DNA of 64,000 nucleotides from Salpingoeca rosetta (GCA_033442325.1 JAWQFM010000017.1:741639-805638); one strand, 5' to 3'; positions 36,301-51,757 are shown, counted from the first letter of the stretch. A program made the numbers and translations. The notes: generated from the sequence alone by a model not told the origin.

Positions 36301-37666
36301 GATGAACCAGATGTCCGGCAGGTTGCGCTGCACATCCAAGCAGTTGTTGAAGGACAGCTTCAGCAAGAACCGCGCCAGAACGCGCAGCCGCGGCCACAGC
36401 TTGTGCTGGGACAGGCACTTGGCCCGGGTGCTCCCCGTGTCCCGCAGCACGCGCAGCACCTCCGCCACAACCTCCTGCGCCACCAGCGACGCGTTCACGC
36501 TGCCCAGGCTGACGGCCGCATCCGCCAAAAGCTCCGCCGCCTGCGTGTCCGGGCCGTGCTCAACCGCGGTGGACATAAACTCGCGGATGACCAGGCGCGC
36601 AAGCTCGTCCACCCGCGCCACCGTGCTCCACACCGTTGCCTGCAGGGACGGGTACAGGTCCTTCTCGTGGATGGTCATGTCCACCAGGCCCTTGATGATG
36701 GCGGCGACCTTGCTCGACGTTACCGCGTCCTCGCACAGCCGCGGCAGCCACGGCTCCATGTACTCGAGGCAGATGTGCTTCTGCTCCGACGTGGAGTTGC
36801 GGATGCCCGTGATGCACTCGTCAAGAAACTCCAGCGTCAGGCCCGGCTCCGCGTGAGACAGGCACTCTGAGATTCGGATGATGAAGTTGTTGTTGTTCTC
36901 CGGGATGACCAGGCTGCTCGCCTCCATCACCTCCCCGCCAATGTGGAAGTTGAATGTCGTGGTGGCGTTGGCCAGCAGGTTGTATGAGGCGAGCCGCAGC
37001 TTTGCGTTTGCGCTGCCCAGGTTCAGCAGCGCCATGTTAAGTAGCGTTGCCGGCACATCTGCTGGGCGCATGACCTTCCACTCCTTCTTGTTCTCCGGCT
37101 GCGACAGCAGGTAGCGCGTCCACGCCTGCGACACGGCCTGCATTCAATTTTGAATGTGGAGGGGGTGGGAGAGGGAAGCAGGAAGGAAGAGGAAGCAGGG
37201 AACAGCAAATGGGGTGTGTCAATGTGCGAGATTTGGGTCGTTTTCACCATGTGCAAGAGCAACAGCAAGGGAGGTGGTGGAGTGGACAAACGGGGGAGAG
37301 GGCAGAGGGCACGCCCGTACGGTGAATGATGCACACACAATTAATTAACACGCACACACGCACACAACACACACACACACACACACGCACACACAACACA
37401 CACACGATCAACACACACAATTAACACACGCATACAGAGTACAAGATGTGCACATACATCATCGAGTTTCTTCGTTTCGCCGCAGCTGAGGATGAGCGAT
37501 TCGCCATCTCTGTAGAGGATGCGCACGTGTCCGTCGTCGGTCATGCCCGAGTTGAACACATCCACAAGATCCGCAACCGGGAACACGTCCACCGTTCGCA
37601 CGGCGTGCGTGAACAGCTTCACTTTCTCCGCGCTCACCACCTGCCACGACACAGACCCAACCTGAT

Positions 37667-37737
<71 letters not shown>

Positions 37738-38579
37738 CTGGGAGTGAGAGGTACATGACAGCGTTGCAAAAAAAAAAAACGGTGACGTGGGCAGCCCAAA
37801 GGTAACAAAAACGCATGGATTGAAGGTCGTGTTCAAAATGGGGCAATCGGAGCGTCACGTTGAAATCACCACATGAACATGCACGTGCGCCGTCAGCACA
37901 TTTCAAAAACACACTCCCCCAAAACACAAAGCAATTAGAACATCAAGCCTCGCAAAGCGCTACAACAAGACACCCACGCATACGAACGAACGCACCTTGA
38001 ACACAACGGGCAGGGTCTTCTTGTTGGTCTGGTGCAACGTGACGTTTGAGAAGATGTCGGTGGCCTCCGTCAAGCGGTGCGTTGAGGCTGGAAGCGCCGG
38101 GTTGGGCACAAACTCCTGCAGCTCCACCTCGTTGACAAAGCGGATGACCTTGTGAAACTTGGAGGCCGTCACATGCCGCGCCACGCGCTTGGCAAACTGC
38201 TTGAAGCTTGAGGACGCGTTGACAAAGTAGGCGGTGCCCACGTGCGCGACAATGGTGGGCGGGACGACGGCCAGGAACTTGGCAAGCACAAGCTCGCTCG
38301 GCTCGTTCTGCCGCGAGAAGGCCGTCAGGTCTAGGACCAGGTCAAACTTGGCGGAGAGCAGCGGCTTCAGCGTCAGGAAAATGAAGTACAGCAGCTGCTC
38401 GCCATCAATCTGCACATGCACACGTGTGTGTGCGTGTGTACATGTGTGTATGCGCGTGTGCGCGTGTTTGTGTGCGTGTTTGTGTGCGTGTGTGAACGGA
38501 TGGGACAGGGACAAGGCTGTGATGAGTCTTCGTCAAGTTGTGCTTCACATGTTTGTTGAAAGTGAAAGGCTGTGCAATG

Positions 38580-38676
<97 letters not shown>

Positions 38677-41600
38677 GACGAATGAGAGGGTGTACCTCGG
38701 CAGCACGGTAGCGGCGGGCGATGAGGTAGAAGACGGGCCGCTTGTCTTTGGACATGCCGCTGATATCGAAAGCAATAAAGGAGGGAGGAAAAATGACTTG
38801 GATGTCAGCAAGAGCAGCGGTGTGCTCGCTTGTGGGTATGTGCGCGCGTGCGCGTGTTCAGTGACAGGAAAAAGGCGTTCAATGGCCTGTTGTAGACATC
38901 AAGCGGGAAAAAGGCATGATGATCGAGCACGTGTGAGCGTCAACAACATACCTCCTGAAAAACACCTGCTTCTTCTCAATGTCTTCGGTGCTGGTGCCCA
39001 CAAATTCGTGCCGGGCAAGAAAATCCTCCAGGTTTTTGTTCTCCCGGCTGCGCGCAGCATACGATGTGGAGCCTTGCGTGGTGGTCGCCTGACATGTGTG
39101 TGTGTGTGTATGTGTGTGTATGTGTGTGCGTGTGTGTGTGTGTATGCGCGCGCGCGTGCGTACACATGTGTGTGCGTGTGTGTGCGTGTGTGCGTGAGTG
39201 ACTGGTTATACTTGCGAGTGGAGGAAGCACGAGCGAGATGACAGCAACACAAACAAGCACCTTTGGCGGGTCGCCGAGTTGCGCAAGGAGGGTGGCGAGC
39301 TGATCAAAGAGGAGCGAGGAGGAAATGGACGAGACGTCTTTGATGTCTCGCGCATTCGCCGCCAAGTCCTGGCCAATCTGTGTCGATCGGTCACGGTGAA
39401 GCAAGGGATGGAGTGCATGGCATGATCATCAGTGGCTTGGGAGTGTACATGGAAGCAGGTGCGTACGAGATGACGAACACAATCCCTGAAAGCAAGCAAC
39501 CAAAGCACGCGAACACAACCAAAATTGCCCTCCGTGCACACACACACACACACACACTCAATTGTCAGCTGATGTGCGCACCTTTTCGAGGTTTTCGAAG
39601 ACCATGCGGTGAAGGGCGTGGAGATCGGCGTCGGTGACAGGTTCCACCTCGTCCTCCTCACCGCCGCCAACGGACGCCTCTGTTGTGTGTGTGTGTGTGT
39701 GTGTGTGTGTGCATGTGTGTTGTGTGTGTTGTGTGTGTTGTGTGTGTTGTGTGTGTGTGTGTGACAGTCAGTTGAAATGACAGTAGAGCCAACGCTTGCA
39801 TACACAGTCCTCAACCAAAACAGAACCCCAACACACGCAGACACACAGACACACGCACACACGCACACGCACACGCACACATGCACATACACACACACAC
39901 ACACACGCACGCACGCACGCACACACACACCAACCGAGGGAGGCTGCTGGGGAGCGGATGTCTGCGACTTCAATGCCAAACGCGTCGAGTGCGGTGAGCG
40001 TGGACTTGGAGAGAGCAGAGGGGTCGGCGACGCTGCTCAGGTACGACTGCATGCGCTCCATGTTGTCCACGATAAACCCATTCACCCGCTGCATGTACGC
40101 CTCCTTCACGCCTGCGTTTGGGACAAGCATGGTGCAACAAAGACGGAAGGAGGAGGGTTGGCTCATGAACACAAGGGCATGTATTTGTGTACGCGCGCGT
40201 GTATGTGCATGTGTGCTGGGGTGTGTTGAAATTGCTGTAACACCAGAGGTGACAACATGTGTTGGTTCGCGGTCTCACCTGAGAACGAGGCGTTGTTTGC
40301 CAGCGCCTGCAGCATCTTGGAGAGGAGCAGCAGGGCGCGGAGGGCTGGCACGGGCAATCTGCAGCATTGGTGGGACGTGGGGTGAGCAAAGTCAGGACAA
40401 GCATGGATGTGCGTTTAAAACAGAAACACGTGGAATACTCAATGTTACACACATACACACAGACAGATACACACGCTCTCTCTCTCTCTCCATGGGTCTG
40501 ACTTTGTTTTTGGAGGCAGCATCTCGTACGACACTGGGGAGACGATGGCCGGGGTGAAGAAGCGGAGGAAGACAAGCCCGCCAACAGCGGTGAGCCCGGC
40601 GTCAGGGAAGAGCGACTCAGACGTCCGCCGCACATCCCAGCAGATGGCCTGTGAGTGTGATGTGTGTGTATGTGAGTGTGTGTGTGAGTGAGTGAGTGTG
40701 TGTGTGTATACAGGGGACGCAAAAGCCGTGCGTGAGATCGTATCGATGAAAGGCATGCGATATTGGATGCACTTGTGCGCCTGTCACTTATCGTCCCTCT
40801 CCCCGCGCAACAAACAAACGGCCCCTCCTCTCCCCCTCCCGCTAGCAGGGGCAGTGCGGGGATTGCAACACGACATACGCGAAGGGTCTCCGGCAGCTCG
40901 TCGATGGTGCTGAAGATGCGATCGAGCACAGACTGTGCCAGGTCACACAACCGCTGTGCATTCTCCTCGACCTGGTCCTTGTGCTCGCCAAGCTTTGATT
41001 CGTCCACCTCGTACGAGACGGTCCCGTTTTCCTTCAGCAGCTGCGTGAGCAGCGGGCCCACGACGCGGCGCAGGTACTCCTTGCCCTGCATCCGGATCGC
41101 GGCCGTGCACACCTGTGTTGCACGCGGTGAAACAAGAAGGGGCAGGGGCGGTTGGAAAATGGCGGTCGAGGTTGTCATTGGCAGTGCAATGGAGTGTGTC
41201 GTGGTGCGCACGCACGCACATGCTTGCATACGAGTGCGTGTGCAAATGCGTGTGTGAATGCTCGTGCGAGTGCGCGGGTATCCTCTACACACGCACTCTC
41301 TCATTACCTGTGAACATTACAGATGGAACACGCACGGGCAACACAAGACACGCAGCGGAGGGTGGGCAGAAGCGCGAGCACAAACCTTGGTGGCAAGGGA
41401 GTTGCGCCTAAAGATGGACTGGGCAACACGGCAGCTCATGACCTCTGCCTCCGCCAGCCGCACGCACAGCGGGATGAGGCGCCGGCGGCTGTGGAACACA
41501 CGCACGAGCACCTGCGCCAGAGCATCCATGCACTCGGTGGGCATGGACCTGTCGAGCGCAAACACAATCTGCAGGTCCGGCTTCGTGATCAGCATCAGCA

Positions 41601-42862
41601 GCTTGGCGTAGCTGTGGCGAGATGCACCCAGCAAAGACAGCAATTGGAAGGTGGGGTGAGTTGGGTTGGGTGTCTGAGCAGTGGGTGTTGTTGCTGCTGC
41701 TTGATAGCACAGCACAGCACAGCACACATACGCAATGCCCTCAAACGCTACGCAGTTGCGGGTGATGATCGCACCGATCACTGACGACAGTCTCCGACAG
41801 CATGTCAAATTCGGCGCCTTGATGAAGGACCTGATGGGCATCGAAGAAGACACAGGCGCACACAAGGTGCGAGTGAGTGAAACACGGGCTATCGCGCATG
41901 GCAAAACACAACGGCAACAAAGGAACAGCAGCAGCTGCTGCTGCTGTGATAACAGCACTGATGAACGCAGATAGCACCACATGCCATCACTCCCCCACCC
42001 CCCTGCAAACGGCGGCACACCTTGTTGAGGACTTCGGTGAAAGCGAGGCGAACCTCGGCATCTTGATGATAGCCCATCCCAATGGCATGGCTCAGCCCAA
42101 CCTATGAGCGTGAAGGGGAAAGGAAGAAGTCGTAGAGAGGGTGAAGGGAATGGGTCAATCAATGACGAAACAAGGACAATTGACACATGTACTCGCACAC
42201 ACACACATATGGACACGCATGGGCACGCAAAGCAATTAAGCAAAGCACTCAAGCAATGTTCAAGCGAAACACACCTCGACATTGGCGCCAAGGAGGTTGG
42301 ACATGGCGTGGGTGACGGAGTCCCGCAGCTGCAGGAAGAGGCGTTCGATGCGTTCCATCTTGAAGTGGTGCGGAGTCGCTGCGAGTGCGCTGCCGGAATG
42401 CGCAGACAGCGGGCGGTCCGTGTCCAGCCGCCCCTGCCGCTTGCGCAGGTGGTGGCCGTGGAACGAGTCGCGTTTGCTGAGCGAAACAGTGTCGTCGTCA
42501 AACACACGCGAGCGGCGCCTGCACGACAAATGGAGGATGGCGACAAGAGGGCATTAGTACATGCAGCGTGTGGCTTGCTAGATAGCTGACTGAATTGCCT
42601 CGTTCGTCTTTGAGTGTCTGGGTTGTCCCACTGGCGTTCTCAGATCACGCACACAAACTCACACATAGACGCACACGCACAGACACACGCACACGCCATC
42701 TCGCTTGCTCCATCCACACCTTCCAATGGTTGAGCGGTGGTCTGTGTCGCGGTCTGCAGCCGCCGACACCGATCCCCGCGCCTCCCGCCGCCGCGAACCT
42801 GCGCACCCGGCCATCGAATTGGATGAGTGGTGATAGTGGTGGTGATGCGCAGTGTTTGTGTT

Positions 42863-42920
<58 letters not shown>

Positions 42921-42985
42921 TGGGATGGAAAGAACAATGGATGTGGTGGGAGAAGCATAACGTTGAGAGAGAAAGAGAGAGCGCG

Positions 42986-43045
<60 letters not shown>

Positions 43046-43597
43046 CGCGCGTGCGCAAATGCAGACGAGACGTACTGAGGTATGAGTTGCAGCGGTTGGT
43101 GACGTTCATGAGGAACGTAAAGTACTTGAGGAACAGGCTGCTGCGTACTTGGATCTGTGGACGTGGTGCACATGAGTGAGAGCGCATCGGCACGAAGCAC
43201 AGACGACACCAAGCCCAGCAGGGCGTGTTAGCACGACAAACAGCATAGCACAGCGCATGAGAGTATGCGCGCGTGTGCGGTGTGCATGTACATGTATGTG
43301 GATGAGTGTGTGTGTGTGTTGTGTGTATTCTGTTTTGTTGCGCGTGTGTACCGGGTCTGCGACGTCGTCATCGAGCGGCTGCAACGGAAGGCCGTGGAGC
43401 AGCGCCGCCAGCGCCTGAACAGCGGCAATGTCGAGATCAAGCAGCACCGTCGAGGACAGGTCTAGCGGAGGGGTGGACAGCGCGTGTTGGAGATGAGGGT
43501 CGAGTCAGTTGAGACGACGGATGGAGGGGCAAACGTGTACATCCTTGATGGAGTGGAACGCAAACAAGGGGGGGAGGCGAGGGCTAACTGGCGCACG

Positions 43598-43634
<37 letters not shown>

Positions 43635-43635
43635 A

Positions 43636-43688
<53 letters not shown>

Positions 43689-44534
43689 ACAAACCCACCT
43701 GCGTTGCTGGTGCTGACAAATGAGATGATTCTGTCGAGAAGCTTGTTGCGGAAGCGCATCTCCTGCTTGAACGTGACGAGGTGTCGCTTGTTCATCACCA
43801 GCACCACCAGCTTGCAGAAGCCAATCTTCACGCGGCGTGTCTGATCGGTGTCCTGCACCTGTCGCAGGTACTCCATGATCGCGTCCAGCAGTGACTCCAT
43901 GTCCGCCAGCGCCAGATACTGGTTCGTCCTGCGGGTTCGTTGGAAGTTCAGGCAAGAAGTGGGTTGGGGTTGGGGCGGATGTGGTTGTGGATGAGAATGT
44001 CACATGCAACGTGTTCAAACGTCAGGGTGAAATAGAGAGGGAAACCCTGCGAGGGAGGGGGGGGAGATGCAACAAGGCTCATCCACGCACACATGCGCAC
44101 ACATACGCACATGCACGCATGCACATGCACGCACGCATAAACCTGAACACATACCGCAGGTTGTCAGCGCTGAAGTTGAGATGAATGATGCCGATGGCCT
44201 GGTCGACAAAGGTGGTCCGGTTGGATGCGGTGGTGTAGTTGCCAATCTCCTTGTCAAAGTAGGATGACAGCTGCTCCAAGAGCTGGTCAAAGACAAATGG
44301 AACCAGCACCGCATGCAGCTCGTGCCCAAGGGCATCCTTGATCGTCTCCCGCAACTGCAGCGAGATAAAACATAGAGGACAGTGTGCAAGGGTGCATGTA
44401 CGTGTTTATGAACATGTGCACATGTGTGCGCAAATGAGTAGACGTTGTTGTGACATGAAATAACACGTCAACTTGCGCAATCTTCACTGAAACCAAACCA
44501 TAGGCAAGTGGTGTCACACATCGTGCTCACATAC

Positions 44535-44576
<42 letters not shown>

Positions 44577-47500
44577 GCACGCACGCACACACGCACACAT
44601 ACACTCACTCACTCACGCACACACACACACACACCTCAACGCCGTGGGTGTCGCTGTCGTATGCAAGGAAGTTGAGCAGCCTGTAAAACGAGAGGAGGCG
44701 GGTGCAGGAAGGAAGACAGTTGACGCAGACGAGCGAAACGGCATTGGTGAGCATCAATCGAAAGGGCACAATCAAGCACGAGTCCCATGGTGTTTGTGAC
44801 ATTGTGCGTGCGTGTTGCCTGCAAGCAAGTGTCATGTGCAGGATACGCACTGGCTGATGAAAGCGGTGAGGTAGAAGACGGTCACTTGCTTGTTTGACCC
44901 CTGCGGCTTCTCGCCAGGCTCGGCGCCTTTCACTAATGGTGCAAAAACAAAGAGCAAATTGTGTGTGGGTGAGAGCTGGGTGAGTCAAATGATGAGTCGT
45001 CGTCTACGCCAAAAAAAAAAAATGAAAAGAAGAGAAAGGAGTGGAGCAACAACGTCGTAACGAACAGGGCAGGGTCAGTGCGTCGAAGCAGTTGGCACAA
45101 TGATGGCAATGCAAGTTTGGTCCAACAAAACGAACATGCCAGGTACAAAAGGCGGGCACGTAATGCAGCAGATGCACCGGCCAGAACCACCACACCTTTG
45201 ACTTTGCCAATGCAGTCGATGTTGCAGACACCACCAAGGGAACAGAGAAAGTAGAGCATGGACGGGAGCGCGGGCGGCAGTGCAACGGGTCGCAGCTCCG
45301 CAGAGTCTTTGCCGGGCAGGGCAAGCTGCTCCATGCGCCGGAGAGAGCTGTCAAGCACGCTCTTTGTGCCTGCAGGCAAAATTGAAACATGGGCAAGCGT
45401 ATGGAGTGGGTATGTTTGTTTCGTGTGGTGAGGCACTGAATGAGGGAATTGCATGGCACAAACCACGTCAAGAACACGCACACGAATAGGCGGCAGGACA
45501 AAAGTGCTGACTGAGCCAACGCACGTCTGTAGATGAGTTCCCATGCGCTCTCTGTCCCCTTGGACGGCGTGACAACATCTCGCAACACCTGCACAACGCG
45601 CACACAAATGGTGGTGGTGTGGTGGTGTGAAGAAAGTGTGAGGGACAAGGGAAGGGGGGGGGAGGTGACATACGAGCAAACAAGCCTAACAAAACAAAGC
45701 AAGACAAACAAATCAAACCTTGACAATTTGCTTGTGCGTTGCGCGGAGGCCAGCAGATGCGGCGCTGAGGTGAAGCTTTGCAATGTCGCTGGCGATGGTG
45801 ATGGTGATGGTTATAGTGGTGGTGGTGGTGGTGGTGGTGTGAGATGTGAGATGTCGGCTACACAGTGATGAGATGAAGGAGCCGGCACCAACAAGTAGCT
45901 GCTGAAGCATGAACAGGCGTGCACCTGAACACGTCGTGGTTGACTGGCAGCGTGAATGTCAGGGCATCGCTTGGTCCAATCTCAGCAGATAGCTGCTGTA
46001 GCAGGCGTGCCTCCTCGCACATCAGCCCTGCACACACGCGCACATGTGAAAAAATAGGAGGTAAGGGACCTGGGCAGGTTCCATGCACAAAATGTGGACG
46101 ATGCACAAAATGTGGTCTGAAATGGGATGCAAGCAAGGCGCAAAGACGGGGTGGGCTGTAACGAAAACGGGAAGCGGACGGAACGACTTGGGCCTAGCGC
46201 AACTCTTCCGTCATCACCCATGGGAGCAGGCTGCACTACTTGTCGACACCATACCAATGCAGTCCTTTGTGGTGACAACAACTTCCCGGTCCACGGAGCA
46301 CAGGTTGGTCAGCAGCACAATCTCCAGCTGGGTGCGCGCAGCCGTCCACCGCTCTGTGCATGGATGGCGCCGCACAGGCATGTGCACGTGAGATCACGGC
46401 GTTGTACATAACGCATGACAGCGAAAATAGAAATACAACCCCCAAACGCCATCACGACCACAAAACCAGCGTGGCACATGTGTCACAGAAACTGAATTGC
46501 CTTGCATGCATGCATGCACGCACCGAGCTCGTGCGCGGTGGCAAAGTAGGCGCGCTTTGACTGGACGAAGCTGTTGCGCAGGGACATGAGCGTCTTGAGG
46601 AGATTGAGCACAAACAGCTCGTTGCCGCGGGCAAAGCGCGTGACGTGCGTGGAAATGGTGATGAACATGTCACTCGACACCTCCCAGAACCTGGCAGTGA
46701 AAATGGGTGTTGTTGTTGTTTGGGGTGTGTAAGAACGCAGTGCTCTGCAGCTGGTGCACAGGGCAAACCGAGTGCACAAATGCAGTCACAGTCAAAACCG
46801 CGCACGCACACACACAGAAATAACCAAAGCACAATTCATGGTAACAACCACAAACTCAACCGCAACCGATCAAACAACAATCCTCCCCTCGCCCCCAACG
46901 ACCCCGATCCCAACTCGGCGCCGCACCTGAGTTTCCCCGGGCGCCAGAGCGGGATCATGCCTGGCGAATGGAGTTTGACGAGCGCAGCGACGGCCTGGTC
47001 CGCAACCCGACTCAGCTTCTCCTCAAGCGCACACGTGCACACGTTGTGGAACATTATCTGCGTGTCCTGCAGCTGCTTGTCGCGGACGTGGCCCGTGGTG
47101 CTCGCGCTCCCGTACCTGTTGCGGTGAAAGAGAAGGAGAAGGGGGTCAGGTGGTAGACGTGGGGAGGAGAGCCGTTGGTGAATGGGCAAAGGTTGATGCC
47201 CAAAGGCACACCAAGCACGAGGGCGAACGCAAGTGTACACACAAGCACACACATTCACAATTACCAAACACAAGCACACACATACACATAAATACACACG
47301 CACAACACAAAACACACCCACACACGCGCAACACAACATAACACGCACCACATGTCGTCGCCGTCGCCGTCGTTCTGGGTTGGCTCGTGGTGGAAGGCAA
47401 AGGCGGGATCGCGACAGAAGAGGTCGAGAATTGCGCCAACGAGCTCCGTCAGCTGCTCTGCGCGCGTGTTTGCGGTCTGCTCCTTCTTCTTCGTGGGCTT

Positions 47501-47748
47501 TGCCGACTGCACGACGGCGCCCTGCTTGAGGTCGCGCACGACGCGGCAAAGGGTGCGGCGCAGCGGGCGGGACAACTTCTGGTAGCAGTAGTGCATTGTC
47601 TTCGACTGCGCCTCGTCCAGCGACGAACGGTAGGGCTCTGCAAACGGGGAAGAGGGAGGTGGGCGGTGATGGTGGTGATGGTAGCAGTGGTGGTCATGGA
47701 GGACGATGAGAAAGAAAAGAAGGTATGCATACACACACGCGCGCACAC

Positions 47749-47784
<36 letters not shown>

Positions 47785-49207
47785 CACAAACGCATGCACT
47801 GCAGTCCAAGAAACAACACCAGCATCGAGCACATGCAGCACAGCGAGTGTCGGGTGCACGCACGGTGGTGTGGGGCGACTTGGATAAGGGCCTTGACGGT
47901 CGCAATCTGGAATGCAACTGGCGAATCTGCAGCGGCGGGATGGCGGTGCGCAGCGGTGAACAAGGAGTTGACGCAAGGCGCGTGAGCGTTTGTGTGTTTG
48001 TGCGCGCGCACGTGTGTGTGTGTGCGTGTGCGTGTGCGTTTGTGGTTGTTCAAGCAAGCACACGACACACTGCACGGATTCCTCTCATGACAGCAGCGTG
48101 AGGTGTAACAGCCCTCACGTGCTCCTACTATGAGCAACGCAGCCCCATATCACCACCACTGCCACCAGCAACATCACCACCACTGCTGACCATCAGCGCT
48201 GAGGAACCGCTCCATGAGGTCGTTGACGGCGGACTTGTGGTTGAGGCGGAAGAAGGCAACCAGGCTCGGCACCAGCACATCGCCCGTCGCGCTCGAGAAC
48301 GAATCAGGCAGCGGCTGCGTCGAGCTGAACACCCGCTCCTGGCATTTGCAGAGTGGGAATTGGGGAGGGGGGAGGGGTTGGCGTTTGTGGCATGGTGTGC
48401 GCATGATAACTTGAAGAGCAACCAAACATCAAAGGGCTTCACAGCGTTCATGAAAACAACGTCCATGCAATGATGGCAAGCAACAGCACGGCACTCAAGC
48501 GTCACAAGACCAGCCCTCCCCTCATTGCAGGCCACGGACTGACCTTGAGGTCTGCTTCGACGCCAAACAACATAATATGCAGTGTGGACGACGCGTCGAG
48601 AAATGCGGACGCGATGATGGCGCACACAAACACACGCATGGACGTCTCGTACAGCGGCGGCTTGCCGGACGACAGCGCCTGTGCGCACGCGCAGGATGGG
48701 GCGGTGGTACAGGTGGTGTGGGTGGACCACAAATGGTGTGAGGGGATGAGACGGGAAGGGAAGAGCACTGGCGTGCATGCGCAGTTCACACTGACGCACA
48801 CAAACACGCAAACACACACTCACTCACTCACACAATCGCACAACTCCAGCACACCTTCTTCAAGCTGTCCATGAAGCGGTGGGCGGGAGACGTCTTCTGC
48901 TCGACATACTGCTTGATCAAGTTTGGACACAGCAGCAGCATCCTGACCCAGTGATGGTGCGACACAAACACGAAAAAGTGAACACGCGAACACGTGGGCA
49001 CATGAGTAGGCACAAATGTGCACAGGCATGCGCGGTGGCGGTCGAGGCAATCGAGCACGACATGATGCGACCAATGAGCAGCGATATTGACCAGGCGATC
49101 ACTCTATCAGCCAACATGCAACTGTCTGATGCCAATCACACTGAGTCAGGGGTATAACATCAACCACAATTATTGCCATCACAATTAACATCACCACCAC
49201 CACCACC

Positions 49208-49299
<92 letters not shown>

Positions 49300-50860
49300 G
49301 CTCACCGCATCTGTGCGGGCCAGCAGGCGACTTTTCTGTTTGCCGTCTTCTCGGCAACCGATGCAAACGACATGAACAGCGCCTGGCACTCCGGGACAAG
49401 CGGGTGCCCACGCTGATGGTGGTGGTGGTCGTGGTGGTAACGATGATGCAAGTGGTGATGGTGGTAGTGGCGATGAACAGAGTAAGGGGATGAAACAAGA
49501 AGGGAGGTGAGAGGGCGTGGTGGTGGTGGGGAGCAAGAAGTGGTGGTTGACGCAAATGATAGAGAGTGTGTGCGTGCGTGAATGTGTGTTGAATTGTTCG
49601 TCCATGTGAGCGCGGTAACGTGTCATGTCCACGATCCCAACACCGATTCCACCACCTTCATCACTACGGCATCACTGCTATCCCGTTGCTGTACCTGGTG
49701 CAGGGCCACAAACTCCTCGGAGTAGTTGTGCAGCCAGCTGTCAAATGCCGTGCACACATATCCGGCCATCAAAAACGCCTGGAGCTTTTTCATCGCTCCA
49801 ATCGTCTGCGCAACCGCTGTAGGTGTGTGCATGTGATGTGATGTGTGTGTGTGAATGTGCCAAAGTGAGTGAGCGTGTGCGGTGAAGATCAGAAGCATAA
49901 TAATCCGTTCACACACACAGACACTCACACACACTCACTCTCTCACTCGCACGCACGCACACACACACACACGCACAAAGCAGCAGGCGAGCTGCTACGC
50001 GAGAACGACCGACCTCGTATGAACTGGGAAAAGTGCTCTGTGTTGAAGTGCATGTGCTCCACCAGGACGAGACGGCCCAGGTCTGTGCACAGCAGAGCAA
50101 AAGGGCGATGTGATGTCAGGCAAGTGTGAATTGGAATTGCATGTGCGTGCGTGCGTGTCTGCACAAAGGTAAGGCACCAATTCGAGCATCATGCCGAAAA
50201 CACTCACACACAACACATAAACACACATAACACAACAAATACACAGACAACACAACACACACACACACACACAACGATACACACACACACACACACGGCG
50301 CCGCACCTTGCTGCTCCTCGGGCAGGCCGCTTGCAAGGCGGGAGAGCACGTGCTCCACCCCGCGGTACATCCCGGCAAAGTTGGCCAGCGAAAACGCCGC
50401 AATCAGCCTACACACGCGACAGGATGAAGTGGAGGTGGTGGTGAGGGCACGTGTGATGCACACACACACACACACACGCGCATCAGCGAACAATCATGCA
50501 CGCACCGCTTGCACGGCTTGAGGAGAGGGGAGGTGGCGTTCTTCTCCGAGGAGAGGTTCGTCAGCAGCTAATACCCGGGCCATTGGCAAGGGACATGGCG
50601 GGAACATGGTAATTGGTGGGGGCATGAGGACGCGAGTGCAAACGGTGTGTGTGCAGGTGAGAAAGAGGCCGAGGGGCCACTGCGTAAACGTGCGCGCTTC
50701 GATGCATGCAAGCAACCACTCACAAAACAGATGATGAATGTGACACGCGAGCACGCAAAACCCATCACGTGTGCAGCAGACCTCGACGAGCAGCCGGGAG
50801 AGGAAGTCGACCAGGGCGTCATCCACCGGTTCTGCCGCCGATCCCTGAAAGCACAGAGAG

Positions 50861-50898
<38 letters not shown>

Positions 50899-51757
50899 CG
50901 TGTGTGTGTGTGCGTGCGTGTGTGTGTGTGTGTGAGTGAGTAAGTAAGTGAGTGAGGGAGAGGCACGCACACACAACCACGCACGCACGCGTACGTGCAA
51001 GTGATGTGAGTTTGGTTTGGCATCGACCTCGCACAGGTAAAAAGACATGCGTGCATATGCAAACACACACATGCGCGCGCGAGAACACTTCTGCATACCT
51101 TGACGTCCCACTGGTGCTCGAGGCAGGCCGTCATGGTGTCCATGAGCATGAGCTGCGACTGCTGCCGCGTGTCTTTGGTGGCCAGTGAATCCTGCACAAT
51201 CACGTGGGAGAAGTGACAAAACACCTACCGGTGAGCGGGCCTGAAAGAGTCGACACAGTCACTTGATCATAAACACACACACACATACACACACACATAC
51301 ACACACAGCACAACACAACATACACATACACACGCAGAGCACAATACAACACATACACACACACAGAGCACAACACATACACACCTGTGCCATGTTGAGC
51401 TGAAGGAGTTGTGCGAGTGGTGTCAGGATGTTGGACATGGACATGACACTGAGCTTGATGATGGCGTCACGGTTGGCCTCTGCCATCTGTTTGGAGCCAG
51501 CCACCTCATCTCGCAGGTTCTGGGACGACGGTAGCTGCACGCAGCGTACAACAAGGACCATGAGCACAAAGCAATCCCACAGTGATCGCAGTAGCGCAGA
51601 AACAGGCGTACATGGGGTGGGTTGGCACGTGAGCAACGAACGCCGACGGCAAAACCAGCCAACAAGCAAAGGCGAGACCTGCGCGTACCGAGCTGATAAA
51701 GTGGTCAACCAAAGGCTGGAGGAGGCGTGACTGGTGCGAGCTCACGTCCTCCATCAT
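33358..51757 (-). CDS. NF1: Neurofibromin (RasGAP, Sec14-PH, HEAT-like repeats), more than 30 exons
   Basis: N-terminus LVDHFISS|LP..NRDAIIKLS, SQLMLMDTMTACL. Middle LVTFKQEMRFRNKL, LLHGLPLQP, SSLFLKYFTFLMN, AMSNLLGANVE, MGYHQDAEVRLAFTEVL. GAP domain FRRNSLATK, GGLVFLRFFTPAIVSP, LLSKMLQALAN. Sec14 region SKDKRPVFYLIARRY. C-terminal RPADVPATLLNMALLNLGS, EPGLTLEFLDECI, CLEYMEPWL, LSFNNCLDV. Confidence 0.96.
49190..49298. repeat. (ACC)n(ATC)n trinucleotide repeat in an NF1 intron
   Basis: Visible; lies just after the minus-strand donor GTGAGC. Confidence 0.95.

Noticed and set aside
33574-36870. Long plus-strand ORFs opposite the last NF1 exon, and similar ones opposite the FN3, HMG, sulfotransferase and CPD exons
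   Set aside because: Antisense shadows of GC-rich coding sequence, with no recognisable motifs.
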